Of a stretch of DNA of 64,000 nt, positions 53,008 through 64,000 are shown piece after piece. Within the stretch, counting starts at the first letter, position 1. Each line of letters opens with the position of its first letter. Location: the NCBI RefSeq assembly GCF_001194135.2, contig NC_068987.1, forward strand, positions 81,650,741-81,714,740, in the 5' to 3' direction. Origin of the DNA: Octopus bimaculoides. Taxonomy: Eukaryota. The notes under the pieces were generated by a model. That model ran no database searches. It was not told the DNA's origin and was given only the letters and a program-made list of their open reading frames with translations. Position numbers and translations under genes: made by a program.

Positions 53008-54290
53008 TATATTAAAATTTGGAAAGAGAATAGCCCAGATGTAATTGCATCAGTGGATCCCAACAGAGATATATTCTCAAAACAGAAAAATATCAGAAAT
53101 GGAAATGGAAAATATTTAAAGAAAAACTACATCAGAAAAACTAATGCAATGAACATAAAAAAAAACTAACAAAACTAATAACAATGAAAATGTAAAAAAA
53201 AAAGAAGGTACATAGGCAAAACAAATAAGAGAAATATTAAATCATAACAATTTTAAATCATAGATCACCTACTGGCTAGTAACCAATAAAAACTGAACTT
53301 GAACAACAGGCAAAAATCGAAATATAAAGGAATATGAGGAAGATTTAAGAATGGGAAATTCTAAATGTGTATGTCATGTCTGTGATAATCTAAAGCAGGA
53401 AATAATTCAAGGATTGTAAACAATGGATGTTTCTAAGGATCAACAGAAATAGCACCCAATGATGAAATAACATGTGGCCATCACAGGCTTAATTATAACA
53501 AACATAAACATCAATACCATTTGGTTAAATGGAATAATGTGCACAGCAGCCACAGTAGTTTCAAAGTAAACTGGATATTTCCTTAAATCTAGTCAAATAG
53601 GAAAACAACATGGAAAACAAATAATCAGGGTAAGATAGAAAATAAAAGAAAAAAATCTCTCAATAAAATCAATAACAAAATAATGTAACCAGAACAGAAA
53701 AGACAAATATAAAAAAAAAATATAACAAAAAAATGTATTCTAAATCAAAGAACACCTGTAACAAGAGATACCTGCTAAATCACAAAAATCTGTTGGCATG
53801 TGAACAACACTTCTTTGAACAGAACAAACAGTTTGGTTCCAATTCATACAATTTTATAAGGAACTGTGTAAAAATAAAATAGAAATCAATGTAGCATCAA
53901 TAGCAAGTGATGTGGAATGTATGTGCAGGGGAGTGTGGGTAGCTAAGAAATGCCCATGGACCGAGTAGCTCAAAACAATGAACACAGGATCTGAGCAATT
54001 ATGGGACGCCATAACAACTGCAAAAGTTGTCATGATATGGGAAACTACTTGAAAACACCAGAACATTAGATTCCAAATCTCTGGTTAAAATATTTAATGG
54101 GGACGTGTAAGTGACCAACTGAGAAGTACAATGAGATATTGATGGAGTCAAAGCAATCCTAACTGGCTTACTGAAGAGGGGGGGAAAAAAACCTATCTTC
54201 ATTTCCAAGACTAAAATAACTGAATCTTCAAATCTACAGACTCATAACCTGTTTACTTGCAGCCTACACAACCTTAAATGTAAAGAATGA
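53008..54290 (+). mobile_element. Decayed R4/Dong-like LINE 5' coding region up to the start of RT
   Basis: Broken frames YIKIWKENSPD...VDPN near 53010, and IPNLWLKYL..KYNEIL, PNWLTE...KTYL and YRLITCLLAAYTTL near 54070-54270 (compare IPNFWLK, PEWLTEG.TYL.PK, NYRPITCL). Confidence 0.7.
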
Positions 54291-55113
54291 ATAACACCTG
54301 GGAAAAAAAATAAGATAAACGTTTTCAGAAGAGTAGAAGGGATGCTGCGAAGGTTTATATGGCTCTAAAAATTAATTACTGATGAACACAGCCATTACCA
54401 AAGAAGGGAAAAAAGAGTCTGAGCTTGGCATGGATTGTTTATCAGAATAACAAACAATATTCGGACGGAACCAGATATTAAAGGTCAGATGTCTAACAGC
54501 ATCAGTCCAACCTTTTAACTAAAGATAGCCTTTGGCCTATGACTAGGGTATCACTGCGATTCTGTCCAGTAACTAGAAATAAAGCTCCCCCCCCCCTCTT
54601 ACTTAACTGATTTATCATTCTATCAGAAAAATGTTTCTGTGTAGGTCCTCTGCAGAAATGCCACATAATTTTTTTCATAGAATTTTGCTCCTGCTACTGT
54701 ATTCTATGCCTGTTCATGCAAATTCAGCATCTACCACATTAATATATTATGAGTGTGTTACCATGATCTGGTGACATTTATAAAGCAGTTCCAACTTACA
54801 AAGTGATGTAATCAACCCCAGAAGGAAGGGGTTCATTCAACACTCTCATTTTGCAAAATAAGGGTTTTAATGCCAGTAGAGAGAGAGAGAGAGAAAACAT
54901 GAATTAATAATAATTGATGGATGGATGAATAGGTTTGCTTTTGAACCAGGAATGAGAGAAGAGTTTCACAATGGCTGACACTGGATGTCAGGCAAATCAA
55001 AGGATTGTTGCTATGGAAATGTGCATGGAATATTATATATACAGAAGGTAGAAGAAAAGTTCAGCAAAATAGTCAAAACTGTGTTTTGTTTGTTTTTGTT
55101 TTTTTTTTTTTAG

Positions 55114-55193
55114 AAATCTATGTCTTCACAGTTACAATGATCCAAATTTGTGCAACCTCCTCAATTCAAGCAAACATGGGAAATATGTTAAAT
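55114..55193 (+). CDS. Candidate exon (phase 2-1), NLCLHSYNDPNLCNLLNSSKHGKYVK
   Basis: Very strong polypyrimidine acceptor (T-run + tag), weak donor AAAT/gtattt, open frame, phase-compatible with 55686. Confidence 0.25.
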
Positions 55194-55685
55194 GTATTTA
55201 GATTCTGCTAACAACAGCAGTAATCAGAGTGATCTGATCTTACCACACAAATATCTACTAAATAACATACAAAACCCCAAAGAATATTGTTGAATATTGT
55301 GTCAGCTGAAATATTTTTGAATATTGTGTCAGCTGAAATATTTTAAACAAAACTTGTGCTTACTACCCAGTTAGTGTTACAGCTCAATCATATATTTTGG
55401 GAATTAAAGTTTTAGAGAAAATACTGAAATCACTAGAAATGTTTAGTTAGTCTTAATTTCAACATGAAATCTTTGCATATTCACAATCTTGTGTAAATTA
55501 ATCCAAGCACTCTATCTATCTTTAACAAAGCTGCTTTTGTTGATTAATCCTGATCGACTAGATGTATCATCACAGGCATTCTAGCTGAGACCATCCTGAC
55601 TTTAAATATGTCTAGTGCTGCCATTGTCCAAGAAAGCTATGTTTATTTAAGACAGCAGGAGGAAATTAGTTGGTATTTCTAGCAG

Positions 55686-55742
55686 GCTTTCTTGTCATTT
55701 ATGCTGATAAGTCATATCCTAGAACAAATCCAATGTTGTCAG
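55686..55742 (+). CDS. Candidate exon, 57 nt (phase 1-1 FLVIYADKSYPRTNPMLS, or phase 0-0 AFLSFMLISHILEQIQCCQ)
   Basis: Strong donor CAG/gtaaga and acceptor tttctagcag, with two frames open. The acceptor overlaps a common repeat, which lowers confidence. Confidence 0.25.
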
Positions 55743-56477
55743 GTAAGAAATGATAAAAAATATTGACACATTTGATATTTCTCAACATATCTTTTGATCC
55801 ATTTTTGTGTATAGAGAATAACAGAGCTGTCAAGAATCTCTGCAACAAGGAGAGAAATATTAATGTTTAGTCAATTTCTCATTCACTGCTGCAGAGTTAT
55901 TCTTTTCATAAACTTCAGGAATAAATATGGCTGATACTTAATAACAGGTTTTGTAAAGTTAACTAGATGAGTGACAAATCTCCTTCTGGACTGCATTGAG
56001 CTCAATCAAAGCAGACTTTGGTATATATTATTGGCACACAACAGGCATTATTTTCTTTCTCTCTTTCCATATCTCTCTCTCTCTCTCTTTTACTCTTTCT
56101 GTCTTTTTCACTCTCTCACACACACATCCACATATACATTCTCTCTCTCTCTCATGCCTTTACTACTAGCAACAATTTGATGCACATACCCTTTCTCTTC
56201 TCATCATCATCACAGTTTCCTACTGCAGACCATATACTTACTATTTTATAGTTGTTCCAAAGTGAAATAAAGCCTCCTTTAAAATAAGAAGCTTTTCTTA
56301 TAAACAGTGAAATGACTACAATAGACTTCAAATCATAATCCATGATCTCACAATTTACGAATGAGCCAGACATTCACTCTCTTATTTGCTCTCTTAAAAA
56401 CTCTTAGTTATTAAATTTAAAATATTAGTCATTTAGTCATTTTGAATTATTTTGATCTTTGCCTTGTCTACTACAAG

Positions 56478-56548
56478 TCTACTACAAAGAAATAATTTTG
56501 CTAAACCATTTAATGCCTAATATACCAATATGCTGGAAAAAATTATTA
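56478..56548 (+). CDS. Candidate exon (phase 1-0), YYKEIILLNHLMPNIPICWKKLL
   Basis: Donor TTA/gtgagt, weak AAG acceptor, phase-compatible with 59320. Confidence 0.3.
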
Positions 56549-56827
56549 GTGAGTTCAAAAGTATTACTACAAATGTTGCAACGACTTCATGCATTATTAT
56601 TGCTTGCATGCAATAATATTGTTCAAATGATGCTTTCAATTTTAGCATCATCTTTCCATAAGGCTATTGTATTTGATGCATCAAGAATTATTCACACTAA
56701 AGCTTTATAGAGTTAAAAACCTTGAAGAATTCTTCAGTCTTGTAGATCACTGGCCTGACTACAATATACTATTCATATAACGATTTTACACTTTTAATGT
56801 CTGACTATGTGTCATCTGTTATCTTTT

Positions 56828-57000
56828 ACCTTTTACTTGTTTCAGTCATTTGACTGTGGCCATGCTGGGGTACTGCCTTGAAAGATTTTTAGTCAAACAA
56901 ATCGACCTCAGGACTTTTTTTTTCTAAAGCCTGGGACTTGAGCCATTAAGTTATGGGGCTGTAAACACACCGACACCATTTGTCAAACGGTGGTAAGGGA

Positions 57001-57046
<46 letters not shown>

Positions 57047-57050
57047 TATG
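56828..57050 (-). mobile_element. SINE family B, 3' half
   Basis: Reverse tail CTTTTACTTGTTTCAGTCATTTGACTG through the (CA) tract. Confidence 0.8.
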
Positions 57051-57994
57051 GGAGCAAGTGCTGTAAGTTGTACATAGCTGAATGGGCGAGGATATTAAAG
57101 AACTCCCTCAACCTGGGGAACATTTTACTTTCCAGGATGGAAGTTTTCAGACCCTGCTTACACTTCAGCAGATATCTGTTGAAGTTCCAGGACCTATTAA
57201 CCAACAGGGTCAGTTATGGAAAGCAGTCTAAGGGAGACAACCCCTTATGCTTGGCACTTCTCCTTTGTCCCTGTATTTAACAACTAGCTACAAGGTTTTT
57301 TTCTCCCTCCACTTTGAAGAGAGGTTATAGGCCACCAGCCATCAGGGTCTGAAGGAATGCTGTGAAGCAAAGTGTTTTATGGATATAAAATACTGGGTAA
57401 CTCCATAGACTGGCCACAGCTGTCTTTATCTAATTACACACATGCACATTCGCGCACACACACACACACATATATATGTTCTGGTTTAATATTTGACATG
57501 ACTCCCATCACTATTGCACGCAGATAGGAACAGATAAACATGAAACTCATAGATCCAACTTCTCTGCTCATTTTTTAAGTTCCTATTATTATTTTCTCTC
57601 TGCACTGATAAGTACTATGATAATTTCCAAATTCAAATATGAATTTAGATCTGTGTATGAAATATTTGTAGGCATGAATAAACTTCGTACAACTTTTTAG
57701 CATCTTATCTCCTCCACTTTTCACAAATTTGATTAGATTTGTAGAACTTCATTACATAAATTAATCATACACTTTATATATATGACTAATCCCCAAAAAT
57801 AGAGAAAAAAAAACAAAAGAAAAAAATAACGTGAATATGTTGTACTTGCAAAATAAGGAAGGAAAGAAATAGTGTTTTATGTTTCAAGCAAAGCTCTTCT
57901 TCAGAAGCAGCGGACAGAGGGAAGTCCAAGAGAAAAGGAAGACGGAGGAAAAAAAAAATCACCAACAATGCACATATAGTTACATTTTGGTATG

Positions 57995-58039
<45 letters not shown>

Positions 58040-58048
<9 letters not shown>

Positions 58049-58178
58049 ACAGGCTTCTTTCAGTTTCCTCTACCAAATCCACTCACAAGGCTTTGGTTGA
58101 NNNNNNNNNNNNNNNNNNNNNNNNNNNNNNNNNNNNNNNNNNNNNNNNNNNNNNNNNNNNNNNNNNNNNNTTGGTATG

Positions 58179-58232
<54 letters not shown>

Positions 58233-58388
58233 ACAGGCTTCTTTCAGTTTCCTCTACCAAATCCACTCACAAGGCTTTGGTTGAACTGAGGCTATAGTAG
58301 AAGATACTTGCCCAAGGTGCCACACAGTGCGACTGAACCCGGAACTATGTGGTTGGGGAGCAAGCTTCTTACCACACAGTCTTGCCTG
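58040..58388 (-). mobile_element. SINE family B, 5' half (partly duplicated across the gap)
   Basis: Reverse complement of the head/body. Confidence 0.8.
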
Positions 58389-58464
58389 CATCTGTTTCTG
58401 GGCTTATGTTATTCTAAGTGTTGTTGAAATTTCTTTAGAAATCCATCAGAATGTCTGTGTAAAC

Positions 58465-58921
58465 CTTTTAAACTCCAAATCAACATCAACATCAGCAATA
58501 TCAAAATCAAATCAAATGGAAATTGTAGTTGTGAGCCCCATGCCAGTAGCATGTTAGAAGCATGATCCAAACGTGGCCGATGCCAGTGCCACCTTGACTG
58601 GCTTCTGTGCCGGTAGCATGTAAAAAGCACCATCCAAACATGGCCGATGCCAGTGCCGCTTTGACTGGTTTCCGTGCTGGTGGCACATAAAAAGCACCAT
58701 CTGATTGTGGTCGATGCCAGCTCTTCTGGCCCCTAGTGCTGGTGGCACATAAAAAGCACCCACTACACTCTCGGAGTGGTTGGCGTTAGGAAGGACATCT
58801 AGCTGTAGAAACACTGCCAGATCAGATTAGGGCCTGGTGCAGCCTCCTGGCTTTCCAGACCCCAGTTGAACCTCCAGCCTATGTCAGCATGGAAAACGGA
58901 TGTTAAACGATGATGATAATA

Positions 58922-58988
<67 letters not shown>

Positions 58989-59000
58989 CGACGACGACGA
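58465..59000 (+). mobile_element. SINE family C with four internal modules and a long (GAT)n tail
   Basis: As at 46091-46582. Confidence 0.88.
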
Positions 59001-59319
59001 CATCAAATAGAACTGGTAGCTGCTTTCATGAGCACACACACACACACACACACACAAATGAGAACTTAAATATATTTAAATTTTTTACAGTGATTGATAT
59101 ATTTCTTTTTTGTACCTCTTAAAACTTTTATTAAAGTAACCAATTAGAATTCTTTTCTAAAATGTATGAAAAATAGTATTTAAACCAAGTTTCAGATATT
59201 TGTGTGTGTGAATGTATGCATGCATAATCTCTGACATCTTTTGCTGCTTCTATAAATGTTTTTACATATTGTGTTCATCTTTTTCTATGTAATTCAAAAT
59301 TGTTTCATTTGATTCACAG

Positions 59320-59428
59320 CTGGAAATTCTCTTGGAGCAGAAACAAAAAGCAGAATTACAAAGCTTAAATGACTTCTCTTTTACATTTCTACCAGAAGTA
59401 TACATATTACAGAAAATAGCAAGTAAAG
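59320..59428 (+). CDS. Probable coding exon (phase 0-1) of an unidentified protein, LEILLEQKQKAELQSLNDFSFTFLPEVYILQKIASK
   Basis: T-rich tract ending gattcacag, 36 open codons of protein-like composition, donor AAAG/gttggt (alternative GCAA/gtaaag, also phase 1), phase-compatible with 60141. Confidence 0.5.
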
Positions 59429-59552
59429 GTTGGTTATAAATAATAGTATGTGTTTCTTTCCCATAGGAACTCCCAGCTATTAATTATCATACAATGCCAC
59501 TTTTGTTTAAAACATACTGCTAATATACACTGATTGATAAATATTGGTTTCC

Positions 59553-59745
59553 AAGGTGGAGAGCTGGCAGAATTGTTAGCATGCCAGGCAAAATGCTTTA
59601 CAGCATTTCATCTTTATGTTCTGAGTTCAAATTCCACCGAGGTCAACTTTGCCTTTCATCCTTTTGGGGGTCGATAAAATAAGTACCAGTTGAACACTGG
59701 GGTCGATGTAATCGACTTACCCACTTCCTCAAAATTTGAAATCTA
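59553..59745 (+). mobile_element. SINE family A in the putative intron
   Basis: Head, B-box-like motif and core. Confidence 0.9.
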
Positions 59746-60140
59746 ATAAATATTGGTTTCTTTCCATCTTCAATTCTTTATATGATGTTTTTCATGTATT
59801 TACATAACTTATTATTCAACATTTTTCAAAAGTTACCATAAGAAAACATTGCTTTTTAATGAACAGTTTCCTGTTTCTAAGCTATGTTTGTTGATGATAA
59901 AAATATAGCTTATAGATGTCCATTTTAGCATATAATAATTGTTTCTTATTTAAAAACCTTTTTGTTATGATTCACATCTAATAAAAATAACAAGTATACA
60001 TTGAAATAGTTGTCTTCTTGTTTCTACAATTGGTTTGGTTAGTTGAAGGGTATGCAGAATATTTTGAATAAGGTTCAGTAATTTAATATGTTTTATTTCC
60101 TTAAAAGTCACTGGTGCAGTTTCTTTTGAATAATTTTAAG

Positions 60141-60299
60141 ATACGTACAAGAACAGTCTTTCAAATGACCATAGTTTGGATGTAAATGACAGTAACTGCT
60201 TGGTCTGGAATTCTGAGAGTCTGAGAGAAAAGGAGAGATATGTGATTGTACCCATCATGTTATATATTATAGAATTTTTAAGCGACTGCAGCATTCTTT
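60141..60299 (+). CDS. Probable coding exon (phase 1-1), DTYKNSLSNDHSLDVNDSNCLVWNSESLREKERYVIVPIMLYIIEFLSDCSIL
   Basis: Acceptor taattttaag, donor CTTT/gtaagg and 52 open codons in the frame imposed by the previous exon. Without the donor the frame runs to TGA near 60332. Confidence 0.5.
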
Positions 60300-60904
60300 G
60301 TAAGGATTGTCGAGGAGCCTCCATTATTGTTTGACTCATAACCTTTTAGTAAAAATGAGAAAAGGAGGTGCAGCAGGAAAATGGGTTAGTGTGAAAATAC
60401 TACTGAGATTGATGAAATTTTTTAACTTGAATCTAGTGATGTAATTATGTAAATGCATGTGCACATCCACCCATGAAAGTAGATACACAAATTGTACATA
60501 TATATTCTGATTAAATTTCTTTAAATTGACCTGCATTTTGCGATTACATGTTCTTCAAACAAGCAGCTAGTGAGGGTGTTCATACATAATTTATCAGTAT
60601 GCAGACTGAAGGAATGGTAATTACAAACTGCACTTAATTTTCATAACAGTTTTGAACTTATTTCTAATTTGTTATCAAATCCTCAAGTGTTTGTATATTT
60701 TATATGGCATGTATATTATCAAGGAGGAAACATGATTGGAAAAATCTTAATTCAGTTGTAAGGAACTGGAAAGATATCTTGTTTTTAAACACTCACACTT
60801 AATACTTTATACAAATATTGGAAGTTACTGAGCAATCTAATACATACAGATCACCACTAGTTTCTTCTGATCCAACTGTATGGGGAAAATAAAGTTGCAT
60901 TCTT

Positions 60905-61262
60905 AAGGCATGGCTGTGTGTTTAAGAAACTCATATTGCAACCATGTGGTTTTAAGATCAGTCCCACTATGTGATCCTTTGTCAAGTGTCTTCTACAATA
61001 GCACTGGGATGACTAATTCCTTGTGAGTGAATTTGGTAAATGGAAACTGTATGGAAGCCTTTTGCATATGTGTGTGTGCATGTATGCATGCTTGCATTTG
61101 TGTTTATGTTCCTATAACTTAGCAGTTCAGCAAAGAGAGCTGATAGAATAAGGGCCAGACTTGAAAAATAAGTAGAGTTGATTTGTTCAATTAAACCCTT
61201 CTAGACAGTGCCCCAGTATGGCTGCAGCCTGATGACAGAAAGAAAGATAATAGATAAAAATT
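60905..61262 (+). mobile_element. Diverged SINE family B
   Basis: Head, body and tail motifs. Confidence 0.75.
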
Positions 61263-61289
61263 GAAGGATAAATCAAAAAATAGAGAGAG

Positions 61290-61352
61290 AAAGTGTGTGG
61301 GAGGGAGAAAATGTGTGGGAGGGAGAAAGTGTGTGGGAGGGAGAAAGTGTGT
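61290..61352. repeat. 3.5 x 18-bp G-rich tandem repeat (AAAGTGTGTGGGAGGGAG)
   Basis: Direct reading. Confidence 0.9.
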
Positions 61353-61787
61353 AATGGGGAAAAAATGTATTTCTTTATTTCTTTTACTGATTTCAATGAC
61401 TGAACTGCAGCCATTAGTTGACCTAATATTTATTTCACTTTTATTTTATTAATCGCTCTTTCTTGAACTGCTAAGTCATGGGGCATGAACAGCGCCAGAT
61501 TTTTTATCAGTCTAATCAGATGCACATACGTGTACACATGTACTCACACACATATGCATGTCCAACCTAAACATAGAAAAATGGATATAAAAATGACGGT
61601 GTTCTTAATATATAAGTCATGGACTTCTGCAAAGTTTCTGTCTGCCAAATTCCACTCACCAAGTATTGATTGGTCAACTTGTCTCTGTAGTAGAAGAAGT
61701 CACTTACCCAAAGTGACACCCAATGAGATCAAAACCTAAACCATATGATTACAAAGTAAACTTCTGTACCACAGTCATGCTAAAATA

Positions 61788-62015
61788 TTGGGTTGTCCGG
61801 AAAGTTCGTGCCGATTTATAGTAGCTTATCTTTCGACTTATTTGCCATGAAACCACCTCAATTCTGGGAAGAGGGTAATTTCAAGTTAAAGGAAATATAG
61901 AGATGCATTGTGCAACAAAATGGTTCATATTTGGTTGATTAAAAATGTAATGGCAAGTATTTATTGACATTTTTCTTTCCTCTAAAAATTGGCAGGAACT
62001 TTCCGGACAACCCAA
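61788..62015 (+). mobile_element. Internally deleted mariner derivative (228 bp)
   Basis: TIR TTGGGTTGTCCGGAAAGTTCGTGCC ... GGCAGGAACTTTCCGGACAACCCAA (one mismatch), TA at 61786-87 and 62016-17. The interior retains KPPQFWEEGNFKLKEI*RCIVQQNGSYLVD*, a mariner C-terminus. Confidence 0.92.
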
Positions 62016-63417
62016 TATTTTCTTTTTAGGTGAGGAACAGTTTAGAATAAAAAGCTCTGCTCAACACCTTTGAGAATTAAGTTAAATGATGTTATTGAAG
62101 TCGATTTTATTTAGTGGATTGTAAAATCTGAAGATGATTAAATACTAAACTAAGGTATCAGGTGATTTGTCTATCTGATAGTATTTATGCTGTTTTTGGA
62201 CAAAACACTTGGCCTCACTTGATTTAAAGATGATGTGGTGGTGGGCAATCATGGTCTATACATTATGAGTTTTACACATTGTTAGAAGTAATTGCTTATA
62301 GTTATTGTTGGGGAGAAAAGAAGCAAGTTGTCTACAAGTCTTGCATATATTCCTGAGAAAATTTTTTGAATAACCTGAAAAATTAGAATTTAACCTGATT
62401 TCTGATAAGAGAATTATTATATCAAAATATTAATACTTTGTGTTCCTCTTCATTTGGTATCAATAGATCAAGCTGAAAAGTGAATTTAAATTTATTGGAA
62501 AGCAGAATCTGCCAACTTATGCATTACTTACTTCACTGCATTCTTCAATAAACACTGTTGACATTTCTCTAGGATTAAATAATTTAACACAGTTCTCTCT
62601 TGAATGAAGAGTAAATAGGTATCAAAATTATGACTTACTGGAAAAATATCGATTTAGAATAGAATATCAATTCATTTTCCAATATATTCTAAACAAATGT
62701 TTAATTAAGTATTTTCCATCTTCGAACTACAATATGAACATACCAGGCTCCACTTTAACCCATACACTTTATAATGAAAATAATTTACATTTTACATACA
62801 TTTTTTCATCTACAAACTCTACACCAGCTGTTCTGTTGTTTGGACAGCTATTGAATATCTTTCATAAACTATTCACATTTGAAATGTCTTTGACAGAGGA
62901 ATTAAATTGCAATTTCTTTGTCATTTAAATTTTATTCAGTGCTCTATTAACTCTATTACTAATAATTGTCATAAATCAGAATATCAAAACTGATGATTTA
63001 ATAAAATTAAACTAAACCATACATTTTCATCTCTATTGTATATTATGACAAATGCTAGTATGATAAATCACACTGATGAAATGAAGAAATATAGTTGAAT
63101 GTAAAGTTACTGTGTATCTACAATGGTTTATATGAGAAAGAGCATCTGATTTCATTATTATTAGAATTTTTGCTTTCTTATTGAATAATTCTCTGTTATT
63201 GCACTCTGTACCTGCTCCACAATATTTAATAATTTTTAAGTTTCCAAAATTACGTCCCTTCAAAGTTTTCCAGTTGCTTTTTTTAGTGGTGGTGGTGGTG
63301 GGGGGGTCTTTTCTTTCCCCCATTTATTTAAAAACTATTCACTTTTAGTTTTCACTGTCTATATATCATTAATACACATTCCATTTATTGCTGTTTTCAT
63401 AAAATCTTGGTAAACAT

Positions 63418-63616
63418 TTAACCCTTTGGTATTCTGTCAAATGTAATGCTTATCTGTTCACATTGGTTTGAATTTATCATTCATTATCTCATAACTTTGA
63501 GATTTTAAAAATGTGATTGTTTATTTTTAGAATGACATTGAAAGGTAGGTGTGAGTGGCCTGATCTTTCCAGTTTGAATATAAAACTGGAAAAATATTTG
63601 GGCCAGATATGGTCGA
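63418..63616 (+). mobile_element. TTAA-flanked (piggyBac-type) MITE, 3'-truncated
   Basis: TTAACCCTTT start; body matches 19850-20075. Confidence 0.7.
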
Positions 63617-63777
63617 ACAGAATACAGAAGTGTTAAACACTGCATTACCACAAAATGTAAGCAATGTGCAAAATAACTAATTTTACATATCTATAGTATT
63701 TGCAGGTCTTGATATCATTCTTATCAATCTTTAATCCAAATCAAGATCTTAATATCTTTTGAATAAAACAAGCAGTC

Positions 63778-63810
<33 letters not shown>

Positions 63811-64000
63811 GTTTTAGGGAAAATAACCAAGTTTCAAGAACTCATCGATAAAAATCCACTATCACATATAGAAAAATTAATAATTAAAAGCACAATAAAT
63901 GAGTATAATATAAGGTAAAGTAAATATCATAAGATAAATATAATAAAAAGATTACACGTGTTTCATAACTAATTTTCAAATAGATTTTGTCCCTAATATT

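Noticed and set aside
55282-55344. 27-bp tandem duplication containing CAGCTG (also a 16-bp x2.6 repeat at 30327-30368)
   Set aside because: Ordinary local slippage duplications; single short motifs are expected by chance.
57986-58283. Direct duplication of about 115 bp on both sides of the 70-N gap
   Set aside because: Typical unmerged contig overlap at a microsatellite, most likely an assembly artefact.
62030-62928. Possible terminal exons after 60299 (62030 CEEQFRIKSSAQHL*; 62467 IKLKSEF...; about 62828 VLLFGQLLNIFHKLFTFEMSL...)
   Set aside because: Several mutually exclusive options with no discriminating evidence.

Overview
AT-rich, repeat-dense eukaryotic genomic DNA with seven N-gaps. 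The SINE and MITE families look like those of Octopus or another coleoid cephalopod; this is recognition from memory, not a database result. Most of the window is intronic or intergenic. It holds three abundant tRNA-headed or SINE-like families, often in head-to-tail arrays, and decayed LINE pieces (RTE-like 3' end, several R4/Dong-like pieces). It also holds a Penelope-like RT remnant with a YIDD motif, Tigger/pogo remnants, Tc1/mariner, hAT and TTAA (piggyBac-type) MITEs, a homogeneous 43-bp minisatellite and many microsatellites. Almost all long ORFs in the supplied track are microsatellite or N-gap artefacts. The best host-gene evidence is a set of short, phase-compatible candidate exons at 55-60 kb (+ strand) encoding a protein I cannot identify; weaker exon candidates lie on both strands elsewhere. 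No CRISPR array, rRNA or bona fide tRNA gene was seen. I did not find a clearly novel system; the findings are leads of modest strength.
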